This document shows, piece after piece, positions 48,284 through 61,550 of a stretch of 64,000 bases of DNA (positions are counted from its first letter, which is position 1; every line of letters begins with the position of its first letter). Position numbers and translations under genes: made by a program. Source of the stretch: Raillietiella orientalis (taxonomy: Eukaryota); assembly GCA_036172245.1 (NCBI GenBank), contig JAYWIR010000010.1, positions 3,844,001 to 3,908,000 on the forward strand, in the 5' to 3' direction. The notes beneath the pieces are model-generated. The model worked only from the letters and a program-made list of their open reading frames with translations. It did no database searches and was not told the DNA's origin.

Positions 48284-51200
48284 GGAACGGAAGGGAGGAA
48301 ACGGCGAATTCGCATCCGAAATTTGCATTTTCGGTTCGACGCTTTCGACGCGGGTCGATCATCATCGGACGTCCCTTCTGATTTTCCACGCCTTCCACTC
48401 GTAAGGGTTCGCCGGTACGGTAAACGACAAGATCTCAAGGAAAGCGGTTCGGTTTCGAGATGCGTGGATCGGCCACTAATGAACGGGGATACACTCTTTT
48501 AATTGGAAGCATCTCTGTTGTTCGCGGCTCCTCCGAAAATTTACGCGCCCGTGCAACCTTTGGGAAACGTCTTGCACGAGAGCTAACACGGGGAAAGCAT
48601 AATTTCCGAAAGCATTTGGGAGACAGGCATCAATCAGCAGCTGAGGAACATTCATCAGCGAAGCTGAATCTTTGCGTAGTTTTCTGTCGATCCTCACGAG
48701 CTGCAAATTGGCCTCCGAGATTACCCAGGAAAGAAAGCAGAGACTGCGCGTTGCATAAATTTAGCCTGAAAACGAACCACCTCTGCTGTTCAGAGACCAA
48801 GACAAAGTGATGTGAATCTTTCTGAAAAGGCACAAGCAAAAAAAAAAAAAAAAAAAAAAAAAAGAGAGAGAGAGAGAGAGAAAGACAGAAAAGAAAAAGA
48901 AATTATCGCAGGAGCAAGAAAAATTCTGGAGAGAGAAGCGAAAACAGTCCGCTGCTGCTGCTAGGCAATGAAACAAAGGCATTTCGTAACCATCAAGCAT
49001 CCAATCTACAATGTCACTATCGTGCCATCGGTAGAGAGCCAAAAAAAAAGAAAAGAAAAAAAGCCTTTTTCCGTATTTCTTCACTAAAAGTGAATCAAGA
49101 AAAGCTGGACTATCTGCACAAAAAAGCAGGGTTCTGGACTCGAGGAACAAGTTTGCGGATTGGAGGAGGCGCCAGAGGCCCTCCTCCCCCCCTCCTCACG
49201 TGCACCGGAAACTGGGATTCCCAAGAAGCTGCGGGGGCTGCCGGGACGTGGAATCCTCTGCAGCGTGGCGCGGATCTGCGATCACTATGGCCACTGCGCC
49301 GTCCGGGGCGAAGCGAGCAGGCAAGGAATGCGTTTCCATAAATAATGCTCGGATCCCGTTAATTAGAGTGAGCAGATGCTTTCGGAAAAAGCTGCATCCA
49401 TGACGTGAGAGCCGAACCTCAGTGACGCTCGTTTCCGAAAGTCGCTGTCTCCTTAACCAAATACTCGTTTTTCCGTGGAGAATTTCAGCCAGTTCGTCGT
49501 CATCCCGAGATTCGAGATACCGGTCTTCCTTTCTGTGCGTGTGCGTGTGAGAGTGTTTTTCCTTCCTTTCTTCAAATCATCCAAAGTGCTGTACGCTTAG
49601 ATGCATCCATCTCTACATGCATACATCGGCTTCCTCCTTCGCTTACACGGATTTTTTGCTTTTTGTCTTTAGACCTGGGCTTGGGTTCCACGCTTTAATG
49701 GACGCATCCGAGATCCATCTCAGCTGTAAACACCATGTGCTTTGGCGATAACTTAAAGCGACTTCTGGAATGACTGCTTCCTCGGAGAGGTTCCGTTTTT
49801 GTATGTACGCACGCAGTCCGGATTACTACTCATCAGGACTGCGCCTGCCTTCAGCTTCATTCCAAGTATCATTCTGCATCATCGCCTGAGGTCCGAATCC
49901 CTCCCCCCCCTCTTTCTTCTTCTTCCCCAATATAGCTTGATAGGGGAAAATCATTCGCGTGCTATGTTCCGCCTCCAGGAATGTCAAGGAATCGAAAAAT
50001 CACTTTGCAGGATAGTTGTGAGACGGAGGCACATTCGATGTGGTCACGGTTTGCTCAACTGCGTGTGAGCGCCATGTTCTCTCAAGCTAAGGCTTCTTTG
50101 CTAAGTGATTGATTTCATCTTCCGGAAACGACCTTCATTTGCTAGGGTAAGACGGGACGAGGTGTCATTATCAGAATGCATTCAAGCTGTTGCCTTGTCA
50201 TATACATATATATATATACATATATACATACATACATACATATATTTTTCTTCCCCCGATGTCACCTTCTTCGTTTTCCCAAGCACCAGAGATCTTTTCC
50301 AGGCTACTCTAATCGGGAGTTCGCAGCTTCCAGCTTTCCTCGGAAGACGTGTGCCGAGGAGAACGATTCGTTTGTCCGCGACCGAGGAAAGGAACACGAA
50401 TTCGGATGATGCAGATCGGATTCCATCATCACGCACGCGTTTCCCACTGTGTTATTCTCGGCTCCTGGAGAACACGGAAGAATCGATTTCTCCGGGTTTC
50501 CCTTCGGATGGTGCGTGTGCCCCCCCCCCGGTGGGATGCACGGCAAAGGCGGAAAATCGACTGCCCGCTTCGGGACGCCTCGCCTCGAGTTGCGAATTCG
50601 CGGTGTGGGAAATGTGCTCCTGGGGGAAGTGGTGAACTTCGGGCTCTGCACGGGCTCCTCTCCGTTTCTACCTGGGAGAAAAGGCGAAAGAGATTCCGTT
50701 CCGGATTTGGCGCTTTTTTGTCTCTCTGTGCGGTACCAACGAGCTGAGATGACTCATTCGGCTGCTACTTGCTTATCATGCGATTTCGAATTTCATCGTA
50801 ACATCCACGCAGCATCCACTGATTCAATGGACTTCTGACTCTTGCAGGTTCAATTCGAGCCTTGCGAACCCGTCCGGGAGACACACTCGTGGAACACTCT
50901 CTCTCCGCCTCTCAAAATTTGTCCCGGGAAGGAATGCTCCCGAGCGATGGTTCCTGCGAGTTCAATCAAGCAGTCTCTTCTTTCCTCCCATCTTCGTCAA
51001 AGAGGAAACGAAAATGAATCACTCGCAACATGTTTTTAGCGACTCTCCATCCGAGTATCTCCTCCATTTATCATCACGAGTTATCGGTGACATGGTGAAC
51101 CGTCCATTTGCATAAGTCCGCTGTGTTCGGAAGACGATGGGAGTGGGCAAAACGGGAGCTTCGAAGCTCATTCCGAAAGCTCTGCATAGGAGGAAGAAAA

Positions 51201-54200
51201 CAAACACCGAAATCCGGATGCCGCTTCTGGAACCTCCTCCCGATTCTAGAACGCCCAGGTTCTTCACAGGCGTTTGCAAGAATCTACAGGGGGAAACTGT
51301 CACGTTGCTTAGGAACGCCGCGAAAGCGAAGTGCATGGCAAGCAGTGACTCCATTATTTCCTTAATGAACGATACGTGGATGAGTGATAAATGGAACTGC
51401 GACAGCTAGCGGTTTTTATCTTGCGCTCGTACACCTCAGCGAAGTAACAAATACGCATCTTGAAAGAGTCGCACAAGAAGCGATAACGATGGACCCCGAC
51501 GGCAAGCTAGACGGTACTGAGGCAGGATTTGAAGAAGAGGAAGAGAACAAAAAGGAAAGCTGCTGCTGCATCCATCAGAGGCTCTTCTCTCGTAGATGCA
51601 CATCCGGTTGGAACACAACACAAACGCACTCGGAAACGAGGGGAAAAAAAGATGGCGACGAGATTTCGTTCCGTTCGCCTTCTTCCTTTCCGTCCATTCG
51701 CGATTTCCTGCGCAGTCGCGCTTTTGTGGTGCGCCCGTGCCTTCCTCGGGTTTTCCATTCCTCAACTCAAACCATTCGTGAAGAATTCCGACGCTGCCCC
51801 GGGATGAGGAGGCAGGCGAGCGAGCTCTGCGGTCTCCGTTGGAAAGCGAATGGAACCACGCGTGGAGGATAGACCTCACGACCTGCGAGTGTCCCCTGAC
51901 AGAAAGAAGAATCAGCGGAGCATCCGGAGAGCCGTAGAAATCTCGGGAAATGCAGAAAAGCGGAAACGAGGATCCCGAGAGATCAAGAGGCTGCACGGAG
52001 ATCAACCGAGGTGACCTCTGCGCACGAAAACCATGGATGGAAAAGCTTGCTGTTGGATTTCACCGTGTCGCGAGGATGGAAAGATTCAGCTTGCCTCTGG
52101 CTCCCAAAGGGAGGATGCCCTCCGTCTTGCAGCAAGTCTGGTCCTCGTCGTGGGTCTCGCAGCACGATCCGAACGTATTCCTTCCTGCTGCTGCTGCTGC
52201 TACGTTTCCCACGCAAGCTGCACAGACCAAGTGTCGTCCGTAAGATCGTCGAAAAGGTAGTAGCTGCTGGTTCAGAGCAACTAAATAAAGGTGTGAAAGA
52301 ATACCCAAGGAATGGGGGGGAGGGGAGGAAAAAGAGGAGGAAGGGGGAAGCAGTTTTTTTTTTCTTTTTCCTGGAGAAAATTTGATCTTGAGGGTAGGGA
52401 TCTTGAGGGTACGTAGAGATTGGGAGGCTGCCTGTGGTGCAAAGGAAAGCTGAACAACTTGGAATGGGTTATGTTCCAACCTGCCTCCGCCTGCTCATCT
52501 CACGATATGCCTGATAGGGGAATTGCAGGTTTTCCCTAGCCATACCCCAAGTGGGCCTACGTGGAAATGGCGGCGGGTATGCAGGCGCGATGACGGGAAT
52601 TCGGTGTCATCTTTGTGCTTCGCCACGAACGCCCCCTCGGAAGGAAAGTCAGGTGACTTTACAGATTCGTTGCTTGCTTTTTGCAAGTCGCGTCATTATA
52701 CGTGCTTTCCGGCTCATTCATCCTTCGCGGGTCCACTGAAAAAAGGAGCCATTTGATTCTTTCCACCTTTTTTCCCCTAAAATATGAATCTCGCCTTTTT
52801 ACTTGATTTTTTTTTCTTCGCAATGAAATGGGGAGCGCCTAGTCTGGAGATTTATTTGAACTTTCCAGTGACATCCTTTTTGGAAAAAGAGGATGTCACT
52901 TTTTTTTTTTTTTTTTTTTTTAATCGAAGCAACATCTCCTTGATCCGCCAAGTTTAGCTACTGCCACTTAGCAGGGGGGGCGGGGGAAGGTGGCAACCAC
53001 TTCTTCTTGCCTTGTGATACAAGAGATCGAATGAGTTACGTCGAGGTGCCTCTTTTTTGAATTCCTCCTCCTATTTCATTCTTACCGTGCGTTTTGCTCT
53101 GCTAATTTATACACAGAAAGGACGATTGATACGTGCGTATAATTCCTGCCGCAAGCGTGTCCTTGAGAACACGAGTCTTTGGCCACTGCGTTTGCGGACG
53201 ACGCTGGAGAGCTCGGGGTATAGGACCTTTTTTTTGTTCTGCGAGGAGCGTCGAACCTTTGGACGCAACTGAGGAACTGACCGGTGGGAACCGCCGAGGA
53301 ACTCTCGCGGAAAGCTCCTGCGCACGCGCAGGAGCGGCATCACCTTCTGCACGCGCTCACCATCGCGTGTGCGTCCGAGGGAAGAAGCTGGCAGGAAGAG
53401 GTCTGCGGATCAAATTAGCGCCTGGCCGGCTTTCCACCAAGTGCATCATCTCAAGGGTTCGCTTCCGGGTTCCCCTCGCAGATCCCCGGATTCACGTGCG
53501 GCGAGTTGCTGCGTCTGCTTGCTGCCAAGTGCCCAACGGAGGAGGCGCGCAGCTGCGGTCGCGAGTTTGCCAGCGGCGCACGAGGGCTCCCCGACCTGCT
53601 GCAGAGCTGGAGTCAACTCTTGAACGGGGGTGGCTGCAGCGAAAAGCGAGAGAGCGGGCGAGCGCACGAAGAGGGAAAGTCTGCAAGGAGCCTGGAGGAG
53701 AGGATCTCTGCTGCAAGCGGGCTCTTGAGTAATTATGCCATCGGGAGGTTTGCGCTGCGGAAGCCTTGTAAAGAAGCATCAAGTTCCCAAAGAACGCCGA
53801 GTTCCCTGTTAAGGCCAGAGTTCACAGGAAACGAAAGCTATTTATCGATAATGTGGCACAGATCGGACACAAGAAGGGTACTTATGGTTCCTATAGAGAT
53901 TTCCATTCCGGAACGTTCCATGAAAAACGAGCTCGGTAATGCTTGGTAATGGTTAAGCTGCTAATAATAAGATGCACATCGTTCCCCTTAGTGTCAGCTC
54001 CTATCGAGAAAGTTCCGACGCGTGAATTCAAATCCAAACGTCCACTAATGAGCGATTCTTGAAGAATTTTCTTCGCAACACACCCTTCTCGGGTCCCTCT
54101 CATTTCGGACGGACAAATACGGAAAGCCGTCGTGCGGAATGGTCCGCACTTTTTTCCTCCTCTTGCACTTGCGGGAAGAGCGTTGCGTAGGTCAGCTACG

Positions 54201-54871
54201 GGGGGGGGGGGACTTATGAGCGGTTCCAAATGCCTGCGACAAAGTGGTCCTGCAGTGTTCGTCACGTAGGATGCGGATTCTTTCCGCGTCTACCCTTTGC
54301 CACTCATACCAGAGCAAGGGATCGCCACCAAGCTGCATCGGCGAAGCCAAGATTATGTTCTTTCTGCTACGTTCGGAGCGAATCCTCGAAGCGCACGAAT
54401 CCCCCACCCCCTTCCCCCAAATGATGATCGTTGGTCCCAGATTGACGATGTGATTCAGTGCTGCTCGGACAGCTAAAGGAAAATCAGTTTAATCAGTTAA
54501 AAAGCGTCCGTGTCTAATGGAGCTGAAGATTACGACTTATGAGCTTCCTTTCTGCATTTCTTTTTTTTTTTTTTTTTCCAAAAAAAAACAAAAACAAATA
54601 AGGGGCTTCTGTTAGGAGGACTTTCAAGAAATCTGGGCTAGAGAGATGAGCCTGAATAAGATATCGGGATTACCGAAGGGGAATCTCCTCACGCATCGAA
54701 ATGAACGAGCTAAGAGGTCCCTGCAGCTCCGAACGCACGCTCCCCTCCAGAATCTGTCTCTGAAAAGAAGCAGCCATTCGCGACATAGGTGTTCGATCGA
54801 ACGCGACTCGCAATGAAGAGGAAGGACTCGACAGTGACAGCTGACTCCAACGTCAGCATTCTGCGAAAGCA

Positions 54872-54874
<3 letters not shown>

Positions 54875-54904
<30 letters not shown>
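54875..54904. repeat. (CA)n microsatellite
   Basis: Directly visible. Confidence 0.95.
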
Positions 54905-54906
<2 letters not shown>

Positions 54907-56849
54907 GACAAAACGAAACGAAACGAAAACAAACAGAGGATTCTTGGCTGGATTCTGTGTGGGAAATGCAAATCTTGAAAGCAAACAGACTGATGACAAC
55001 ACATCGGTTCTAATGGGAAAACGAAATGACAGGAGTTTCCAGGCGAGCACTCGCGCGCTTGGACCAGAACGGATTTGGGCATTCCGAATCACACGCGCCT
55101 TAATCGCCCTCCGCAACTACCACGTCTCTCTCGCTTTTCTCCTCCTCCTCGGCCTCCTTGTGCCTGCCTGCAGCTCGGATCAATTACAGGACAAGACGAG
55201 CGCTCCTCCGCACTTGTTTCGCGTTTCACTCTTCATTACCGGGAATCAGCACTCGTCTCCCGTTGAGGATGGTGTACTCCTATCGCGTTCTGTTGTGCCT
55301 TTATGATTGCGGCAACTCGTGGTGCTACTTCCGTCATGTGAACGATGATGATGACGAGGAAATCGTCGTCGGGCGATCCTGACGCTGCAGCTTAAAGCGA
55401 GTGCAATTGAAAGGCCATCGAAGCAGTTTGAGAGAGGGAGGGAGGGGGGAGGAAACGGAAGCAGGGAAGGATCTCTTCGCAAAGAAGAAAATTGTGCCTA
55501 CGAAACGCCGCCACAATACCAGAGCTGCTAGCACTGCCAGGAAGGAAAGGCACGAACATTTCATATTAAGGACAAAAAAAAAAGAAAAAAAGAAGGAAAT
55601 CTGCGGCAGGAGCGGGTGCAAGCAGGGACAACAGGAGAGCGACGGTTCGCACGACAAGAACGGAAAAGCCTGCGAGGAGAGCGCGCGAAACGGAGACGTT
55701 GGACCGAAAGGAATCCCGAAAGCTGACAGCGGACCTTCCGTTCCGTTCGAGACTCAGACATGGACCAGGAGCACGCGCCTGCCTCCTGATCACGACAGCG
55801 ATGACCGGTAAACAGTTTTTGCTTCAGTAATTTTCGAGGAATCGACTGGGACGCCAGCGGTAATTCCGATCTTATTGGGGACGATTGCTGGCGTCTCCGC
55901 CGTCAAGCACAGGTAATTCGGAGCTGACCATTTTGCAGACGGCAATCTCATGACGGTCGTTTCGGGAGGAAGGGGGAGGGGTAAAGACAGCGATACGGTT
56001 TTGATCTGGAACGTTCGTCGTGCGTATCACGACGATGACTCCGCTGGCGCTGGCCAGGAAGACGTCGTCGTTAGCGCTCAGCGGAAAAGACGGAACGATT
56101 CTCCGACCCCGGAAGGAATCCTCGCACGACCCGTCCACACGCGTGCAGAGAGGGGAAGGGGAAAAAAAAAAAATTCGCCCCGTGTCGACAGACGTCGAAA
56201 CGTGCGATCTCGATACTTTCCTGAGGAGCTCCCTGTTGGCGCACACACCGTCTGGGAGCATCAGTTTTATCCCCGACAGCGGGAGAACGCGCACGGCACA
56301 TTCGATGACACCTTTTCTGGTTCTTTTTTTCCTCCCTGATAGTCACCTCGGCATTAACGGTCTTTAGCAACAGGTCGGCTGTGCTTTTCAGGAAAGGGAT
56401 GGAATGGGGTGTATGCTGGGAAGGAAGTAAAAAAAAAAAAAAAAGTGGTCAAAAAAAAAAAATAAAGAAATCGGTGGCGGTGGTTTCAGGTTCGTGGTAG
56501 TGGTGGTGGTCTCCGAGTGGATCGTAAATTCCCAGCGTCCGGAAGAACTAAGCGGAACTTCGCGTGCCTCCCAGAAGAAGTCTCGTCATTCTGTACGTGG
56601 AACTTGCTAATCACGTGGATCAATCCTCTCGCGTGGTCACACACACCCTAAAGCGACCGACCCAACGTCTCACGAGACAGATGCGATCCTCCGAGCACCA
56701 GAATCCCCTTTTTTTGGTTGCGTTGCGCGGACCTTCGGGTTTTCGAACTCAAAGAGCTTCTTCCCCCCCCTCTCCCTTCCCTTTCTTCCCACCCTCCACG
56801 CACCTTCTTCATCAAGGACCGAAAGGGATGGCGCGATCCAGGTACCGAA

Positions 56850-57110
56850 TGTGGCAGTTTGGAAAGAGTTGCAAGCAAGTTTCCTCCTTCTAGGAGACGT
56901 AGAGCTCCATCGGAAGATCCTCCCATTCCTCCTCAGCGCGTGCAAGGATACCAGAGAATCATCTCCCCTCTTGGTGGTTTCGACCCGAGAAGAGGCGCCT
57001 GAACTTCTTCGTCCCCGCTTGAGACAAGGGGACAAGCCTTTGGTCCTCGTGCGTCTGGGTCTACCAAACACGCACTGCTACCAGATCTCGACGGCAAAGC
57101 TGCAGCTGGA
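56850..57110 (+). mobile_element. LINE fragment K (ORF2 C-terminal region, cut before CCHC)
   Basis: LVLVRLGLPNTHCYQ resembles LLLLHRGLPCNTRRYR of copy N and stops at the terminus of copy L. Confidence 0.45.
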
Positions 57111-57780
57111 TTCTCACCCGGGTACGCCGGGGCGTTTGCTTGTAAAGTAAATAAACATTTACAATCTCTGTGGTTGACCCGGTGGTCCAACCCCGTCCTT
57201 TTTTGATCTAACCTGCCACGTTACCGGTTCCCGAACCGGTGAGGCCCACCACGGTAGCAGAGGGGAAGGGGCAACCCAAAAGGAAAAAAAAAAGTAAAAT
57301 AAAATAAAATAAAACAATTTTGATGGAGGAAGGGTGGGAGGTGGGATTGGGGATGAGGGAAGGGATTACTGTCTGTTGGGAGCGGTCCTCTGCATCCTTC
57401 GGAGGATGCCGGCAAGATCTTGCTGGATAGTGCTGTCCAGGCGGGGGGCCATCTCGTTGCCATCATGAATCGTGCGGCATCCCTATCGCTGTGCCTTGCT
57501 CCTGCATCGCTCCAGATAGCGACCATCCCGCGTAGCAGCAGAGAGCTGCTAGCGAGGCTGCCTGCCGAAGTGCGTCGAGTAGGAGGAGGCAGATGCTGTT
57601 GGGAGGGTCCGAGGCCTGGCTCCTGACAGAGCGGGATTCTGTCGCCTGGGAGCTCTTCAGCCACCAGATGAGAGATGTTGCTGCCTAGCGCGGATGATCG
57701 AGCCAGCCGGGACGAGGTGGCCGTTTTGGATCTCGTCTCCGTCTCATCGTCCCTGGGAGCAGCGCCGAGTCGCGACGACA
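57111..57780 (-). mobile_element. 5'-truncated LINE copy L
   Basis: DAARFMMATRWP C-terminal signature and T-rich UTR. Terminal motif 57115-57137 is identical over 23 nt to 60506-60528. Confidence 0.7.
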
Positions 57781-59399
57781 ACTCGGACCTCCCCGAAGCC
57801 GCCCGAGGGGGGCGGCGGCGGCGAACAGCGCAGGAGCATGAGAATCCAAGCCGCTTCTTCGTCGTGGCTCACGAACGGAAGAGGATTTTCCTCTTCACTT
57901 CGGGAGCAGACCCCTTACACGGAAGTATGATCGGTCCACCTGCTGACCAGGTAACTTCTTTCCCTCGTGGTCTGCCGAATCCAAGGGAAGAAGATGGCTT
58001 CACCGAAGCGTTTGCAACCATCCTTCACGAACGGGCACCCATTCCACCGCAGGAGCCTCGCGAAGGAGGAAAAGCAGGTGGTCCACGTCATCATCAGCCA
58101 AAGAGCAGACGCTATCGGTTGCCTTACGCGGATGCGCCCTTAAAAGCAATCGGAGCGCTCTGCCCGCTCCCCGGAGCGCTCTCCATCACTCTCCCCATTC
58201 ATTCTCTCGCACTCAGCGCATTCCTGCGATCCCCGAGAGGGCGAAAGAGGAGACGGTCGGAACCGACGAGTGCGCACTCGCAAAGAAAGCAGCGCGCTTT
58301 CCGCGGTCGTGCGCAGGGGGATTGGAAGGCGCGATGAGGGAGCCACGCTCGCCCCAGAGGTCGTCTCCTCCTCCCCCTCGTTCTTTCCCTTCCTCCTGCG
58401 AGCGCGCCATCTCCACGCTCGCAGGGTCACAGCGTCCGCCGTGATGCTTCCTGCTGCTCCCAGAATCTTGCCTTTTCCCAGAGAGAGGCGGCGACCTTTT
58501 GTCGCATCCTCCTTCCCCTCCTCCCTTCCTTCAAGTCTTCCGCCACCGTCTGAGCCGCGCGCGGGACGGACGGAGGTGGAGCTCCCGGTCGTTGGCTCCT
58601 CGTCTCCGCGCGGAGCGGCAGAGCACGGGGAATCGGAAGCTCGGATGGCAAGGATTCTGCAAGGAGAGAGCGAGAGCGAGGAGGGAGGGGGGGAGGAGGA
58701 GGGAAGCAGTCGGAATGTACAGAAAGAATGCAAATCAGAGGCCAATCCCTGTTATCGGCATCGGATCGCCACTGGTCCCGGCGCCTACCGCTTCCTCCAT
58801 TTCCGTTCCTGTGGAATCGTTTCCCAGGCGAGGAGCGCATCCTCCCCCCCCCTCTCCCGGCGGTCTTCCTTTCAGACAATACTTTGACCTTTGCGCAGAC
58901 CGTTAACATCACCGGTGCATTCAAACAAGTGGGCGGATCTTTGCCAGGTGTAAACACGGACGCGCAGGTCTCTCTCGTGCGCGCGCCGCTGGTGCCGCTG
59001 CCGACAACGAGCGCGGCCGCTCGGCGTCCGAGGTTGCGCGCGCTCGGAGATCAAACAAAGAGCTGTTTGTTCTGGTTCTTCGCCGCAGCTCCTCGTGTTT
59101 GCCCTCTGCTTGTTGATCTTTCCTTTGTTTGTTTGCGCTTCATCTTCTTTTTTTGTTCTCTTCTGCTTTGCGAACGCTCCTGAGGCAGGACTCGGCTGCC
59201 CCTGCTGGACGAGTTCCTCCGTCCGTCGGAGGAGGTTAGGCGCTCGCGCGCGCTCCGGGTGCCTTCCACAGCGGCTCTCGTCTGTGGTAGATAGTCGTTC
59301 ATCCCTCAAGGAGAGCGTGGGTCGAGCGAACCTACCCTGAAGGAGCGCTGCCCTCCCTGGGAGAGCAGATCGGCAGCAGCAGCAGCCTGCCGGCAAAAT

Positions 59400-60214
59400 G
59401 GGAACGGTCTTCTGCGAGCTTGGTTCCGGAAGGAAGGCGTTAGGTGGTTGGTCCAGCCGACTGATGCTGTAGCCCCAGGTGCCTCACCTCGAGGACTTTT
59501 GTGCTGCGGCTGGGAGCGCTCCTGGACAACCGCGCCCTCCCTTTCCTCAAGTAAGGGGTGGAGTCGGCGCTTCTGCTGCTGCACGGGGGCCTCCCGTGCA
59601 ACGCTTGCCGACATCACTGGGCCCGGGGAGGAGGAGAAAGGGGGGGAGGGCGAGTGAGCCCGAACCGTAGCAGGTGGGGAGAGCGGGAACACCGCCCCCG
59701 CACCTGCTTGCGGATTGTGCTGCCCTTCGGCCCCCATGGTTGCACTTTGCCACGACACTGCGAACCCCCGACAGCGACCCCAGAGGCGCTCCTGGACGCG
59801 TCTTCTTACGCGATGCCCTGCCCACCATCTCTAGCAGCTCTCTGCTGCCTTCGCGGGATCGTGGCTGCCCGGAGTGCTGCCGAGAACGACAGGGAAGGCC
59901 ATCCATTCTGCGGTCCATTTCCCGAGAATGGACGTCGAGGTGGCCCCACCTGGGAAGCGCGCAGCCCGAACATACTCGGATGGATGCAGAGGGCGTCCTG
60001 AAGCAGACAGTGATTCTTCTCCGAACGGCCCCAAAGTTCCTCCTGTTCACTCCCATTTCCTTTTTTTTGTTGTTGTTTGCTCCCCCTCCCCTCTGCTGCT
60101 GAAGCGACCCTCGCCGGTCCGGTTCCCCGCGGATTAGCAGACGTGGTAGGAGCGGCCGTCCCACCGTCACCTTTGCCTTAGTGTGTTTCAACGCCTGGCT
60201 CAACCGGGTGAGAA
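59400..60214 (+). mobile_element. 5'-truncated LINE copy M
   Basis: ESALLLLHGGLPCNACRHHW (DNA-level inverted match to 61100-61165), SRWPHLG, T-rich UTR, and terminal AACGCCTGGCTCAACCGGGTGAGAA at 60190-60214. Confidence 0.75.
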
Positions 60215-60505
60215 GGCGCGCGCGCTTCCCCCCTCCGTCGCGAACCCCCACTGGTGCTCCGCCTTCTCATTCCTCCGATCCGCACAGTGCCCCCAGTCGG
60301 GTTGCGCGGGATCGCGCTTGCGAAAGGCGTAGCTGCCCTTCTCATTGCCGCCGCCGCTGCTGCTGCTACTGTTGAGAGTTCTGCTTCATCTTTGCACCCA
60401 GGTGGCAAAGGACCAGACACTGATCTTTTGTGCAACAAAGGCAGGTTCCCGCCGAGGCTGCCAGGGGTTGCTATCGCAGTCGCCGCCTCGACGCACTGGC
60501 GCTGC

Positions 60506-61550
60506 CACCCGGGTACGCCGGGGCGTTTATTAAATTCTCAAAAAACGTGGTACAAGGCCCCGCTACGGCCAACACAGCGCTGGACCTGCCGGGTCGTCAG
60601 TACGCAGGCCGGAGTGCCTCTCCTCGGCAGTGGAAGGGGATGGGGGAAAAAATAAAAAGAAAAATAAAACAGAAAAAAAAAAAAAGACTTTGGTGGGCCG
60701 GGAAGGGATCACTGGCCACTGGGAGAAGGGTCCATCCTTTGCGGGATGCCCTCGAGGTCCTTCCGCATTCTTCCCAGGTGGGACCATCAGGTTGCTCTCC
60801 GCAGGAAGCGAACTGCATCCTCGATGACGTCCCTCTCATTGGCATCTTCATCGTAGGCTTCACTCCAAGCCGCCACAATTCCACGAATGCAGTAAAGTGC
60901 TGCCAAGTCCACGGCTGTCTGCAGGGAGTCCCGCACGAAGAGAAGCCGAAAAACGTCTCTGGGAGGGCTGCCAACCGGGATCCCGAGAGTCGTCCCGAAA
61001 CTTTCCCAAAGGGGCCGGAGGGCAGGACAGTCAACTATCAGGTGCGGGAGGAATTCCCGTTTCCCGTCCAGGATTTACTCTCCCCCGCGTCCAGCGGTAG
61101 CGGCGTGTGTTGCAGGGAAGACCCCGATGCAACAGCAGAAGCGCCGACTCCTGCCACTTGAGGGGGAGGATCCTGGATCCACTTAACACAGAGGGCCACT
61201 TCAGATCATCCGCCGGGATGGCGAGCAGCTCGCCCCATCTTAAAAGTCCTCGCAGAAGGACGCTAGGGGTATTGGCGTGGCCAGCTGTCCCATGGTCCAA
61301 TAGCTCATCCTCTTCTCCCTGCCTGCGATCCGACAGGACGACCCACTGGTGCAGGGAGGTGCCGTCGGTCGACCCGCTTCCAGGCTGAAGAACGCGGCTC
61401 TTTCTCGAGTACTCACTGCTCATCGAAGACCTCGAACCGCTCTTCCTGCTCGCTTCGGACCTATTTCGAGGCAACCTCAGCAGTCGTCTTCCTCCCTCTC
61501 GCGAGCCTTCGAGAGGAGCACCCACGGGGGCGCCAAAAGACTCCTTTGCG
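60506..61550 (-). mobile_element. 5'-truncated LINE copy N
   Basis: LLRWGELLAIPADDLKWPS...WQESALLLLHRGLPCNTRRYRW, SCGTP...AFVELWR (CCHC remnant), DAVRFLRRAT*WSHL, and complete terminal motif AATAAACGCCCCGGCGTACCCGGGTG at 60506-60531. Confidence 0.8.

Noticed and set aside
59940..60040. Minus-strand peptide RRITVCFRTPSASIRVCSG resembling a LINE thumb motif
   Set aside because: It overlaps antisense to the well supported plus-strand C-terminus and 3' UTR of copy M; judged coincidental.
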